Shown here: positions 12,860 through 36,441 of the stretch, piece by piece
How positions within the stretch are numbered: position 1 is the first letter of the stretch
Layout: each line of letters opens with the position of its first letter
Assembly (NCBI RefSeq): GCF_018977255.1
Contig: NW_024704755.1
Location: 496,001 to 560,000 of the forward strand
Length of the DNA: 64,000 bases
Source: Callorhinchus milii
Lineage: Eukaryota
Direction: 5' to 3'
Translations under genes and position numbers: made by a program
The notes under the pieces: generated by a model
The model's database searches: none
Told to the model about the DNA's origin: nothing
Seen by the model: only the letters and a program-made list of their open reading frames with translations

Positions 12860-14130
12860 CTTAAGACCTCATTGATCGTGCCTACGGTCATCTCTCTTAA
12901 CCCCCCNATTCCTCTCTCTCGCTTTCACAGACATAATCATCTCCCTGTCCACTGGTACTGTTCCCACCCCATTAAAAATGACTCTCCGCAGCCTCTTCTC
13001 TTACCTCAACCTTCACGGCATTGGCCTTGCCTGGCTCAGATCGTACCTCTCACACCGCCTCCACTTCATCACCACAAACAGTTTCTCCTCTAGCCCCTGC
13101 ACCATCTTGTGCGGTGTTCCTCAAGGCTCTATCCTTGGTCATCATCCGCAGTCACGGGGTCAACTTCCACATGTATGTGGATGACACCCAACTCTACCTC
13201 TCTGCCTCCACCCTTGATTGCAGGACCACTGCTGTGCTGATTGAATGTCTGTCAGACATCAAGTCCTGGATGAGAGCTAACTTTATTCAGTTGAACGTCA
13301 ACAAGAGAGATTCTCTTAATTGGCTTCCGTCAATGCCTCCACATCTCAGGCGCTGACAGCATCACCATCCATGTTTGCACACTCCACCTTGCTAAGCCAG
13401 TACGGAACCTTGGAAGTTTTGTTTGACCCTCAACTATCCTTTCTACCCCGCATCTGCACCATGACCCGCTCTGCCTTCCCCCACTTCCATTGCCCAGCTC
13501 TGCCACTGTCTCACACCACAGCCCAGCGAAACCCTCATACACACTTTCATTACATTGAGGCTTGACTATGCAAATTCATTGCTTGTCGGCCTCCGCAACT
13601 CCTCCCTCCATAGGCTGCAGATCATTCAGAACTCTGTAGCCCGTGTCCTCTCCCACACCAGGCTCTGTGACCCTATCAACCCATCCTCATCTGACTCCCC
13701 TGGCTTCCCATCGCACAGAGGATACAGTGTTCAAGATCCTGGTCCTTACCATGGTCATGCTCCCCTCTACCTCTGTGACCTCCTAACCCCCTACAACCCT
13801 GTTCGCTCCCTCTGCTCAGTGGGCTCCGGCCTGCTTCACGTCCCCTGCCTTGCTCGCCCCACTATTGGCGGGTGGGTCTTCTGCCACTCTTCCTCCACAC
13901 ACTGGAACTCCATCACGGGCAGTCCCTTCACCTTGCCCCCTCCCTTGCCTCCTTCAAGACCCATCTCAAGACCCTCCTCTTCGACCATAATTTTGATCTC
14001 CCTGCTTCCTCCCCTCCACTCTCCCCAATCCCAAACCCCATCTTGGGTCCGAAACTCGTCTGTCCAGTGCCTTAGGACGTCCTCCCAACGTGAAAGGCGC
14101 AATACAAATGTAATTTTGTTATTGTTGTTG
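12860..14130 (+). mobile_element. L2 LINE, degenerate RT 3' portion
   Basis: [21 protein letters not shown] (RT YxDD), CLSDIKSWMRANFIQLN, RLDYANSLLVGL, FKTHLKTLLF; many frameshifts; TTG tail. Confidence 0.92.
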
Positions 14131-14399
14131 CCCTGGGACACTATCCTGTGTGAAGGGTGCTTTACAAGTGCAAAGTGCAGCTGGAATGAATGTCACTAAC
14201 TAGTCTCACACCCAACACATCAAGCCTTTAAGTCAATTCTATTTTCCAGTTGCTCAGCATCTGCGGAAAGGGTTTTCCCTGCCAGACTATAAGTTCTCCA
14301 CCACTTAGCAGATTTATTTCAGGATCTTTGTTCTGACCTTCAAATTGCTGAGTGCTCTTGCCTCACCCGTATCTCTGCAATCTCCTCCTCTCCCAACAC

Positions 14400-14735
14400 A
14401 GGCATTTGGTGTCTAGGCTAATAGTCCAATGCAGTGGGGGTGCACTGCCTTGGTGGAGATGCTGTCCTTTCGATGAGACATTAAACCAACGTCTAATACT
14501 CGTGTTAAGTGGATGTTAAAGATCCCATAGCACTATCGAACAGAGAAGGGAGTTTCTCCTGATGTCCTGCCCAACAAACCCCAAATAAAATCAGTCAATG
14601 ATTATTTTTGGGTACATTGCTGTGTTCAAATTGGCTGCTGCGTTCACCTACACATTCAGTCACTACACTTTACAGTAAATCCTGGGAAGCACTTTGAGCT
14701 GTTGCGACAACATGACATCAAATGCAAGGATTACT
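14400..14735 (+). mobile_element. SINE relic
   Basis: Same SINE body and tail as other copies (gctgtcctttcgatgagacattaaacc...ggatgttaaagatcccatagcact...atcaaatgcaaggattact). Confidence 0.75.
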
Positions 14736-14786
14736 ATCGTCTTCTCTCCATTCCTTTGGCCCTCAAGTAAAGCCTTCTCTTCTGTG

Positions 14787-15032
14787 CAGTGACCCCCCCC
14801 CTCGGCTGCTCAGTGACACCCCCCCCCTCGGCTGCTCAGTGACACCCCCCCCCCCCCTCGGCTGCTCAGTGACACCCCCCCCCCCCCTCGGCTGCTCAGT
14901 GACACCCCCCCCCCCCTCGGCTGCTCAGTGCTGCCCCCCCCCCCTCGGCTGCTCAGTGACACCCCCCCCCTCGGCTGCTCAGTGACACCCCCCCCCCCCC
15001 CTCGGCTGCTCAGTGCTGCCCCCCCCCCCCCC
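14787..15032. repeat. Minisatellite (cagtgacacc(C)n tcggctgct), ~8 units, upstream of the GPI promoter
   Basis: Visible tandem units differing in poly-C length. Confidence 0.9.
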
Positions 15033-15059
15033 AGGCCTCACTGTGGGAGAACAGCGCTC

Positions 15060-15418
15060 AAGGGCGGGGCTACACGCGGCGTAAACCAACCGGTGATGAT
15101 AGAAATTTGTGACGTCACTGCGCTGAGCGAGCGCGGGTCGCGATTGGTCGTCGCGGTCAGTCAGTCCACAGTGGGCGAGTTGAGCGGCTTGTGATTGGTC
15201 AGTCAGCGGCGGGTCTGTGATTGGTCAGTCAGCGGCGGGTCTGTGATTGGTCAGTCAGCATTGGGGCGTGTGATTGGTCAGGGTGACTGTCAGTCAATCA
15301 TCGGCGGCGCCTGTGATTGGTCGGGAAGGCTGTCCCAAGGCTCCGGATACAATGTAGCAGTTGGTGGGGGTTCAGTCAGTGAAGCCGCCGAGTGTCTGAT
15401 CGCCGCTCCGCTCCCGCT
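15060..15418 (+). promoter_or_regulatory. GPI promoter / 5' UTR: GC box, palindromic CRE, tandem inverted CCAAT boxes
   Basis: GGGCGGGGC at 15062-15070; TGACGTCA at 15110-15117; ATTGG at 15143, 15194, 15220, 15246, 15260, 15273 and 15316. Confidence 0.75.
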
Positions 15419-26483
<11,065 letters not shown>

Positions 26484-26712
26484 CCTGGTCCTGGCCGGTC
26501 TCACCCCAGCTCGAGCACGGATCCTGCTCCTGCGCTCACACACGTGTTGTAATTAGTTGTCTGTAGTCTCCTCCCTCCCCCCCACCGGGGGCCACTGTGT
26601 GCGTCTGGTGTCAGTATAAACGGAGGCTTGAAGCGAGCAGCACACACTAGCGCCCGCACTCAGGTCACCGCCTCACGGTTAGAATGTGGTTTCACAGCTA
26701 TGAGCAGCTTCA

Positions 26713-26718
26713 AATAAA
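26713..26718 (+). terminator. GPI poly(A) signal AATAAA
   Basis: AATAAA 230 nt after the GPI stop, followed by U-rich sequence. Confidence 0.75.
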
Positions 26719-26893
26719 CCTGCAGCAGAACGTAATGTAACTGCCGGCTCTGTTTCCTTTCTGTCACCCCCCACACACTCTCCTATCCCCACCCCTCCTC
26801 CCCTACAGAACACCCACCACCTTGCAACCCCCCCCTCTCCTCACCCTGCCCTTCCTGTCACACACAGGCTCTGTCTATTAACTACAAAAGGTT

Positions 26894-27078
26894 TTTATTG
26901 AAAAAGATTATAGAATGTCTGGGTTAAACGTCACGGTAACATTTACAAGTTTAATAATTTAGGTGATGATCGTCTCGGCTTTTATTATTATTATTAAGAT
27001 AAATAAAAATCTAACTAGTCTCCCGCTCGGCAAACCAACCAACCAACCGCCGAGCCAGTGAACCGGCACCAGGACCGG
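26894..27078 (-). other. Orphaned 3' end of the WTIP 3' UTR, with minus-strand AATAAA signals
   Basis: TTTATT at 26894-26899 and 26981-26986 (AATAAA on minus) in AU-rich sequence. It abuts the left WTIP breakpoint, and I saw no AATAAA after the WTIP stop on the plus strand. Confidence 0.6.
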
Positions 27079-27088
27079 GAGTACTTCG
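27079..27088 (+). CDS. WTIP: Displaced last 10 nt of WTIP exon 1 (GAG TAC TTC G = EYF-G) with canonical GTAAGT donor
   Basis: gagtacttcg|gtaagt. Phase 1 matches exon 2 (G|GG ATC TGT = GIC). No upstream in-frame ATG (stop TAG at 27016). Confidence 0.8.
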
Positions 27089-27095
27089 GTAAGTG

Positions 27096-27690
27096 CCGTC
27101 ACCCCGCGCCCCCCCCCCGTCACCCCCCCCCGTCACTCCCCCCGTCACCCCCCCCCGTCACTCCCCGTCACCCCCCCCCGTCACCCCCCCCGTCACTCCC
27201 CCCCCCGTCACACCCCCCCCGTCACTCCCCCCCCCCCCCCGTCACTCCGCGCCCCCCGTCACGCACCCCCCGCGCCCCCCCCGTCACCCCCCCCCCGTCA
27301 CCCCCCATGTCACTCCCCCCGTCACCCCCCCCCGTCACCCGCACCCCCCGCACCCCCGTCACTCCCCCCCCGTCACCCCCCGTCACCCGTCACCCGCCCC
27401 CCCCCCGTCACCCCCCCCGTACTCCCCCCCGTCACCCCGCCCCCCCCGTCACCCCCGCCCGTCACTCCCCCCGTCACACCCCCCCGTCACTCCCGTCACT
27501 CCCCCCCGTCACTCCGCCCCCACCCCCGTCACTCCGCCCCCCGTCACTGCGCGCCCCCGTCACTCCGCGCGCCCCCCGTCACTCCGCGCGCCCCCCCCGT
27601 CACTCCGCCCCCCGGTCACTCCGCGCCCCCCCGTCGTCACCCCCCCCCGTCACTCCGCGACCCCCCGTACCTCCGCGCCCCCCCCTCCCC
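27096..27690. repeat. C-rich minisatellite ((C)n GTCAC/GTCACT units) at the start of WTIP intron 1
   Basis: Dozens of cgtcac(t)ccc.. units; second copy at 29762-30370. Confidence 0.95.
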
Positions 27691-28929
27691 GATGCCGGGG
27701 CCCGTCACTGGGGGCAGGGAATCCTCCCCTGTTAACCCCGCAGCCAGAGCCCTAACGGGTGGGATGGTGGAGCTGATATGGAGCGAGAAAGCTCATCAGA
27801 CAACGCTCTCTCTCCCTCTCTCTCTCTCTCGATGGCAAGTGATGTGGTTTTGTCAGGTTAGGCTCCAGCGGTCACCGCTAGAGCCCCCCCTGGGCTCCCC
27901 CAGGGCCCCCCCCCAGGGCCCCCCCAGCCTTGGCACTAGCCAACCTGCGGCTGATACTTTCCGGGATGCGGTGTGTGGGCTATTCCAGCAATCCGGCGGA
28001 TTTCCATGTGTCGGTGGATGTATGGAATTCTCAGCTTGGTTTGGAGACTCTAAGTGATGGGTTTCCGCTCGGTCAGACCTTCACTGAGCCACGGGCTGAC
28101 TGCCTCCTGAGCTGTAATGTTGGAGGATTCCATCCCAAAACTTCACACAAACCGAGTCAGTCCAGTTTCTTTGTGACGATGCGGTGGTTCGGAGTGTGAG
28201 TGTGGTCGATGGTGTGGGGGGAGTTGATCTCTTGGGCTCAGTGCTACAACATGAAGATACAATCCCTGACCATCTGTAGTTTAGTCTTCACTGTGAAGAC
28301 TTGAATGTCTTCACCAACTCTGTGAGGAGCAGGAGTTTAGGCTCCCAGATTTGATGGGTCTGGTTGATGTGTTACTGGTCTCGGCTGAGGTTACCAGGGA
28401 GGGGGGATTGGACAGGACTCCTCTCCTCATCACTATCCAGACCCCCCCCACACACACACATATACACACAGGTCAATTTCGTTGGTCATTAGCTTCATGG
28501 CTGTTTGTGGGACATTGCAGTGCACAAATTTGCTGCTGTGTTCGCCTTACAAAATGCAGTCACTACACTGTAAAGTAAAGGTCACGGCAGCCAATTGCAC
28601 ACAGCAGTGTCCCACAAAGTGACGTAGATCGAGTGACCCAGTTTTTAGGGGGGGGTGGGGGAGATCATGGTCTAACTAATCATTTATACAAGTTGAGCAT
28701 CATCTATTTGTTTATATTCTCTGCCCCTATTTCTAAACACTCAGATCTGATTAACTTTCTTCACACCCATCTTCATGCCTTTAATGGTGTATTATGCTAA
28801 CGTTTGGTCTGTCTGCTCTGCTTTTACATGTTTACTATTTCACATATACGTTACATGCTCACTCTGTTCTTCCCTATAAATTAACTTTTTGCGTTAAAAT
28901 TCATCCATCATCTTACTCCTTTCTATGTC

Positions 28930-29258
28930 TGTGACCTGCTCACGCTATATCAAGCTGTCCTCTCCCTCCGCTCAGCAGGTTCCGGACAGCTCCATGTGCT
29001 CGGCCCACCCCACCATCAGCGGTCGGGCCTTCAGCCTCTATGCCCCACTCTTTGCAACACTATCCCAACAGTCCCGCTCGCTCGCTCCCTCACCTCCTTC
29101 AAGGCACATCTCAAGACCCTCCTCTTTGACTGTGCCTTCAGCCTCCCTGCTACCCTCCACCCCTCCTGTTCCCAATCCCCAGCCCAGGTCCAAATCCCTG
29201 ATGCCTTGGGAAGTCCTCCCAACATGAAAGGCGCTATGTATATATAATTTGTTGTTGC
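28930..29258 (+). mobile_element. L2 LINE 3' end (duplicated at ~31610-31936)
   Basis: FKAHLKTLLFD motif and tail catgaaaggcgctatgtatatataatttgttgttg. Confidence 0.8.
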
Positions 29259-29736
29259 TGATCTACCGATCTGTCTGTGTCCTCCTGAAGTTCTCACAAG
29301 CTTGTTGCTTTTTTTTTAGCTAATTTCCTTATTTTTGAAACTTGTGCCCCTTTATTACCAGAATCAAAATCATTGATATAAATACAGGTCCTAACCTTGA
29401 GGGAACCACTGTTTACATCTCTCCAGTCTGAGGAACAAGTACATCTCCCACTCTCTGATTCTTTTCCTTTAACCAATTCTTTATCTTCGCTGGCGCCTCT
29501 CCCATTAACACCTCGCACTTAATATTTTTTACCTTGCCTTTTATGTGGCACCTTATTCAAGTCTTCTGAAAATCTTTACTTCCACATCTTCATGTGGGGC
29601 TTCAACCGAGCACTCCTGACTCAGAGGCGGGAGCACATCACTTTATTCTCTTGGTTATTTCATCAAAGAATTCTGTTAGATTTGTCAAACAAGATCAGCT
29701 TTTAATAATAACAATGATAATCCTTGCATTTGATAA

Positions 29737-29761
29737 NNNNNNNNNNNNNNNNNNNNNNNNN
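29737..29761. other. Assembly gap (25 N) separating two near-identical 2.68-kb copies
   Basis: N run; 27096-29735 is repeated at 29762-32413. Confidence 0.98.
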
Positions 29762-32413
29762 TCCCCCCCCCGTCACCCCCCGTCACACCCCCCCCCGTCA
29801 CCCCCCCCCCCCCGTCACTCCCCGTCACCCCCCCCCCCCGTCACCCCCCCCGTCACTCCCCCCCCCCGTCGCCCCCCCGTCACTCCCCCCCCCCCCCGTC
29901 ACTCCGCGCCCCCCCGTCCCCCCCCCGCCCCCCGTCACCCCGCCCCCCGTCACCCCCCCGTCACCCCCCCGTCACCCCCCCCCGTCACTCCGCACCCCCC
30001 CGTCACCCCCCCCGTCACTCCGCACCCCCCCGTCCCCCCCCCCCGTCCCCCCCCGTCACTCCGCCCCCCCCCCCCCGTCACCCCCCCCGTACTCCCCCCC
30101 GTCACCCGCGCCCCCCCGTCACCCCCGTCCCCCCCGTCACTCCCCCCGTCACCCGCTCCCCCCGTCACTCCCGTCACTCCCCCCCCGTCACTCCGCCCCC
30201 ACCCCCGTCACTCCCGCCCCCCGTCACTGCGCGCCCCCGTCACTCCGCGCGCCCCCCGTCACTCCGCGCGCCCCCCCCGTCACTCCGCCCCCCGGTCACT
30301 CCGCGCCCCCCCGTCGTCACCCCCCCCCGTCACTCCGCGACCCCCCGTACCTCCGCGCCCCCCCCTCCCCGATGCCGGGGCCCGTCACTGGGGGCAGGGA
30401 ATCCTCCCCTGTTAACCCCGCAGCCAGAGCCCTAACGGGTGGGATGGTGGAGCTGATATGGAGCGAGAAAGCTCATCAGACAACGCTCTCTCTCCCTCTC
30501 TCTCTCTCTCGATGGCAAGTGATGTGGTTTTGTCAGGTTAGGCTCCAGCGGTCACCGCTAGAGCCCCCCCTGGGCTCCCCCAGGGCCCCCCCCCAGGGCC
30601 CCCCAGCCTTGGCACTAGCCAACCTGCGGCTGATACTTTCCGGGATGCGGTGTGTGGGCTATTCCAGCAATCCGGCGGATTTCCATGTGTCGGTGGATGT
30701 ATGGAATTCTCAGCTTGGTTTGGAGACTCTAAGTGATGGGTTTCCGCTCGGTCAGACCTTCACTGAGCCACGGGCTGACTGCCTCCTGAGCTGTAATGTT
30801 GGAGGATTCCATCCCAAAACTTCACACAAACCGAGTCAGTCCAGTTTCTTTGTGACGATGCGGTGGTTCGGAGTGTGAGTGTGGTCGATGGTGTGGGGGG
30901 AGTTGATCTCTTGGGCTCAGTGCTACAACATGAAGATACAATCCCTGACCATCTGTAGTTTAGTCTTCACTGTGAAGACTTGAATGTCTTCACCAACTCT
31001 GTGAGGAGCAGGAGTTTAGGCTCCCAGATTTGATGGGTCTGGTTGATGTGTTACTGGTCTCGGCTGAGGTTACCAGGGAGGGGGGATTGGACAGGACTCC
31101 TCTCCTCATCACTATCCAGACCCCCCCCACACACACACATATACACACAGGTCAATTTCGTTGGTCATTAGCTTCATGGCTGTTTGTGGGACATTGCAGT
31201 GCACAAATTTGCTGCTGTGTTCGCCTTACAAAATGCAGTCACTACACTGTAAAGTAAAGGTCACGGCAGCCAATTGCACACAGCAGTGTCCCACAAAGTG
31301 ACGTAGATCGAGTACCCAGTTTTTAGGGGGGGGTGGGGGAGATCATGGTCTAACTAATCATTTATACAAGTTGAGCATCATCTATTTGTTTATATTCTCT
31401 GCCCCTATTTCTAAACACTCAGATCTGATTAACTTTCTTCACACCCATCTTCATGCCTTTAATGGTGTATTATGCTAACGTTTGGTCTGTCTGCTCTGCT
31501 TTTACATGTTTACTATTTCACATATACGTTACATGCTCACTCTGTTCTTCCCTATAAATTAACTTTTTGCGTTAAAATTCATCCATCATCTTACTCCTTT
31601 CTATGTCTGTGACCTGCTCACGCTATATCAAGCTGTCCTCTCCCTCCGCTCAGCAGGTTCCGGACAGCTCCATGTGCTCGGCCCACCCCACCATCAGCGG
31701 TCGGGCCTTCAGCCTCTATGCCCCACTCTTTGCAACACTATCCCAACAGTCCCGCTCGCTCGCTCCCTCACCTCCTTCAAGGCACATCTCAAGACCCTCC
31801 TCTTCGACTGTGCCTTCAGCCTCCCTGCTACCCTCCACCCCTCCTGTTCCCAATCCCCAGCCCAGGTCCAAATCCCTGATGCCTTGGGAAGTCCTCCCAA
31901 CATGAAAGGCGCTATGTATATATAATTTGTTGTTGCTGATCTACCGATCTGTCTGTGTCCTCCTGAAGTTCTCACAAGCTTGTTGCTTTTTTTTTAGCTA
32001 ATTTCCTTATTTTTGAAACTTGTGCCCCTTTATTACCAGAATCAAAATCATTGATATAAATACAGGTCCTAACCTTGAGGGAACCACTGTTTACATCTCT
32101 CCAGTCTGAGGAACAAGTACATCTCCCACTCTCTGATTCTTTTCCTTTAACCAATTCTTTATCTTCGCTGGCGCCTCTCCCATTAACACCTCGCACTTAA
32201 TATTTTTTACCTTGCCTTTTATGTGGCACCTTATTCAAGTCTTCTGAAAATCTTTACTTCCACATCTTCATGTGGGGCTTCAACCGAGCACTCCTGACTC
32301 AGAGGCGGGAGCACATCACTTTATTCTCTTGGTTATTTCATCAAAGAATTCTGTTAGATTTGTCAAACAAGATCAGCTTTTAATAATAACAATGATAATC
32401 CTTGCATTTGATA
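29762..32413 (+). repeat. Near-identical second copy of 27096-29735 (probable contig-overlap artefact)
   Basis: Offset 2678-2680 nt; identical ORF pairs (e.g. 28351/31030, 29294/31972); only ~3 differences seen outside the minisatellite. Confidence 0.9.
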
Positions 32414-34010
32414 TAGCGCTTTTCACGTCTTCTAGACATCTCAAAGCGCTTCACAGAATATGCTGTAAAGTGAATTGACTGTATATTTGTGGGCGAACGC
32501 GGCAGCCAATTGCGCACAGCAGCGTCCCATAAACAGTCATGGATTGAAAATGACCAATTTATTATGGTTTTGTTTTGGAGGGATTATTATTAGGCTCTGT
32601 GTGGAGTAAGGAAACTTGCCCAAGGTTTCGCCCTCTGCCTGGAATTGAACCAGGTGTCTCGCTTTTAACAACAACTTGCATTTATATAGCGCACTTGACA
32701 TGGGGCAGCATCCTGGAGCGCTTCCGAACAAATCCGTATTGACTGTCTATTACCCACTAAGTGGCACAGTCCAGGGTCAGTGGGTCTGACCAGAACTCAG
32801 GGAGGACAAGAAGAGGAGACTGTGCGATTCACACAGAGCGGACTGTGGAGAGTGGCCCGGGGGGCGGGGGGATGGGGTAGTGGAGGCATTTCGCCCATAA
32901 AATACAGTCACTGAATTTTAAAGTGTATCCTGTGAAGCGCTTTGAGGTGTCTCAACAAGGTGATAAGGCGCTATTATCAAATTCAAGGATTATTATTTTT
33001 GTTTCTGCAATTTCAAGAGGGAGTTAGTTATTGAAAAGAAATTGAGAGGAGTATAAGATTCTTTTATGTATTTAGCCGCAGACCTAAACTTTCCTGGGAA
33101 GCTATTGGAGAGGGGAGTTTCTCTCCCCCGGTGTCCTGATTGTTCAACCCCAACAAGAAGACCATTCGCTTGGAGCGAGGGGCTGAGGCTGAGGGGTTTT
33201 GATATTCGAAACAACGTCGTGCTCTGCGTGTTGGTGAAGCTCTGGGACGCTGCCCTGTCTGAAGGGTGCTATATAAATTCAAGTTGTTGTTGTTTAGGGA
33301 TTATTTTTTATTATGATAATTAATTGGTTACTACGGAAGCTAATTTGTTGCTGCTGTGAGCCTGAACCCGGTAAAACCACATTCCATTTGGCTGATGGGA
33401 GTTGGGACTCAAGTTCATTCTCCTGGGAACTGACCTGCTGGTTAATGTGTGCAGGTATAATTCTGTCCTGCATTGGTTGTACGGTTGTCATCAGGGAAAC
33501 AGTTTAATAATAATAATAATCCTTGCATTTGATATAGCACCATCTGTTTTCGAAACGTCTTAAAGCGCTTCACTGACTAGACTGTAAAGTGGATTGACTT
33601 TATATTTTGTGGGAGAAACGAGGCAACCAATTTTGCACAAACAGTCATGGATTTTTTGGAGGGATTATTATCCCTAGAAAGCAATCTGTCAAATGACTAA
33701 CAACCGGTTTCCTACTTACTGCTAAGTAAACAGAGGGATGGTGTGTGCGTGTGAAGTAAGGAAACTTGCTGAAGGGTTCGCCCTGCCCGGGAATCAAACC
33801 CGAGGTTTCTTGGTTGTGAGACAAGTGCTCCAACCACTAAGCTTCGGTATCTCTGGTAGAGCCCGAGAGCATCGGGGTTGACTGACTGCACTCAGAGCCC
33901 AATGCGGAGCGTTGTGTCTCTGAAGTGAGAGCATGAGCGAGAGGCTAAGGCAGGCTGAATGAAGCTAATGTGAATTGCTAATAGTGGTGCTGTTTACTGT
34001 GTTGTTGCAG

Positions 34011-36441
34011 GGATCTGTGTGAAGTGCGGGAAGGGGGTATATGGCGTGAGCCAGGCCTGTCAGGCCATGGGAAACCTCTACCACACCAACTGCTTCATCT
34101 GCTGCTCCTGTGGTGAGTGTCAGTTGAGTCCTCATACCCAAAACCTGGGGGCAGGGCTGGGACCTGGGGTCAGGGTTGGACCCGGGGCTGGGGTTGGGGT
34201 CGGTGATTGGGGCTGGACCCAGGGTCGGTGGTTGGGCCTGGGGTCAGGATCGGTGGTTGGGGCCCAGGGTTGCTGAGGTGCTCCAGTTGAAGGTCGTGTT
34301 TACTGGCAGGAGAGGAATGTCCGGAATGTTATTTTTTCACACGAAGCCGTCCTGTGGCTGTTTATCAGAGGCCAGCGCAGGCCGTCAGCAGCCTATCAGC
34401 TGCTGGTGCTCGCCGTTATCACTGGGCCGGGCGGGCTTAACCCTTCATTACCTGCGAGGTCAGCGTAATGTCTTCCCCGAGCGGTCAATCACAAGGCAGT
34501 GATAACGGTGTCTATCTTTAGCCTCAGCAGGTTTAGTGGGGCGGGGGGGAACAGTGGGCGGGGTGGGGGGGGGTGACTGGGGTAAGCTGCTCTTTCCTCG
34601 CTGTTTGCGCCCCCCCCGCCTGTGTAACGCTGAGTGTTTTCTATTAGGGAGAAGACTGAGGGGGAAAGCGTTTTACAACGTGAATGGGAAGGTTTACTGT
34701 GAGGAGGATTTCCTGGTGAGTGAACGTTGCTGTGGCGCTGGGGGAGGGAGGGGGAGCGCTGCATTATTGTCGGTCAGTATTTCAAAAGAAGGGAGTTACT
34801 TTCTTGCTCTCTCTCTCGGTGTCCTGGCCGACAATCCCCGGATTGAAGTGGCCACTTCGTGGCTGTTTGCGGGATGTGCAAGTTGGATGCCGTGTTTGAA
34901 TACATAACCACACTTTAGTAAATCCTGTGGAGCCCTGTGAGACGTCTCCCTGGTGCGAACAGCAAGGCTCAGTGTGTACTCTGCTCTCTCTTGCAGTACT
35001 CAGGGTTCCAGCAGACGGCAGACAAGTGCTTTGTGTGTGGTCACCTGATCATGGAGATGGTAAGTGAGCGATCACCACTGTCCAACTGGGGAGGAACATA
35101 AGGACAGGAAAGGCCCCCACCCCAACCTGTCCCATTCTATTAGATCATTGGCTGATCTGTAACTCAACTCCATTTAACTACTTTCTCTCCATATCGTTGG
35201 ATACCCCGACCTAATAAATATCTATCAACCGCGTTCCCTTTTAAGGAGTGAGTGAATTCCAGATTTCCACTACTCTCTGAGTGAAAAAGTGTTTCCTGTG
35301 TGGATACTGTGTAGAGGGAGCTTCACTGTGTCTCTAACCCTGACCTGGGAGTGTGGATGGAAATGGAGACACTGAGTTTCCTCTCTGCCTTTGCTCCCTC
35401 ATGGTTTCGGCAGTGACACACTGGTGATGAGCTGCTGGAGTGTGCTGACGAGGAGAAAGGGAACATTGCCCTCAGCTGTGTCAGTGACTCTGGGATGTGA
35501 AACATCTCTCTCTTTCTCCCCTCAGATCCTGCAGGCTCTGGGCAAGTCCTACCACCCGGGCTGTTTCCGCTGTGTGGTGTGTAATGAGTGTCTGGATGGC
35601 GTCCCGTTCACAGTCGACGTGGAGAACAACATTTACTGTGTCAAGGACTATCACACGTGAGACCCCCCCCCCCATCCTCTCCCCCTGCACTTTCCCCACC
35701 AAACACACCCTGTGCCATATTATGAGTCAACAGTATATAATCTCTGTCCCGCCCACTGCCCTAGTTACCCGTCCCCCACTGAGTGGCTTCACTGTGATGT
35801 TGTTTGTATTAATGTATCTAATCTCCTCTCTCCTAATGTAGGGTTTTCGCCCCAAAGTGTGCGTCATGTGGTAACCCCATCCTCCCGGCACAGGTACGTC
35901 TCTCACTCTGATCACAGTCATTGCTGGGGACCGAGGATTATGGGGGGGTGGTGGTGGTGGTCACTGGCTGGAGGTGTGGTCACTGGCTGCTGACAGATGA
36001 TTGTTGCCCCCCAGGGTTCAGAGGAGACGATTCGAGTCGTCTCAATGGACAAGGATTACCATGTGGAGTGTTACCATTGTGAGGTGAGTGAGGAAGAGAG
36101 GGAGGTGAGTGTCAGGTTATTGAGCAGGCTGGTTCGTGATGAAAAGCAGTGAGAGAGGGAGGTTAGTGATGGAGTGAGGGAGCGTAATGATGTGAGAGCG
36201 AGGGAGGTTGGTGGAGTGATTGAGTGACGGAGGTTGGTGAGCAAGGGAGGGAGGGTGTGAGAGCCGGGCTGAGCTGGGTGTGTCTGTGTTGCAGGATTGT
36301 CGGCTCCAGTTGAACGATGAAGAAGGCCATCGCTGTTACCCGCTGCACGGGCACCTGCTGTGTCACGGCTGCCACATCCGGCGGCTCAGTCTACCTTCAC
36401 CCCCGCCCCCCGGGTACCAGCTGCACGTCACTGAGCTGTGA
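34011..36441 (+). CDS. WTIP: WT1-interacting protein (Ajuba/LIMD1/WTIP family), exons 2-8 encoding three LIM domains, disconnected from exon 1 by inversion
   Basis: Exons 34011-34112, 34648-34715, 34997-35059, 35526-35656, 35842-35893, 36015-36083, 36295-36441, all GT-AG and in frame. [12 protein letters not shown]..., [33 protein letters not shown]...; ends in the WTIP-type PDZ-binding HVTEL*. Confidence 0.95.

Noticed and set aside
27058-30878. Pro-rich ORFs (225, 220, 273, 384 aa), including 'MNRHQDREYFG' as a possible alternative WTIP first exon
   Set aside because: They read through the C-rich minisatellite and the N-gap. The 27058 start is GTG with an in-frame stop at 27016, so only EYFG is gene-derived.
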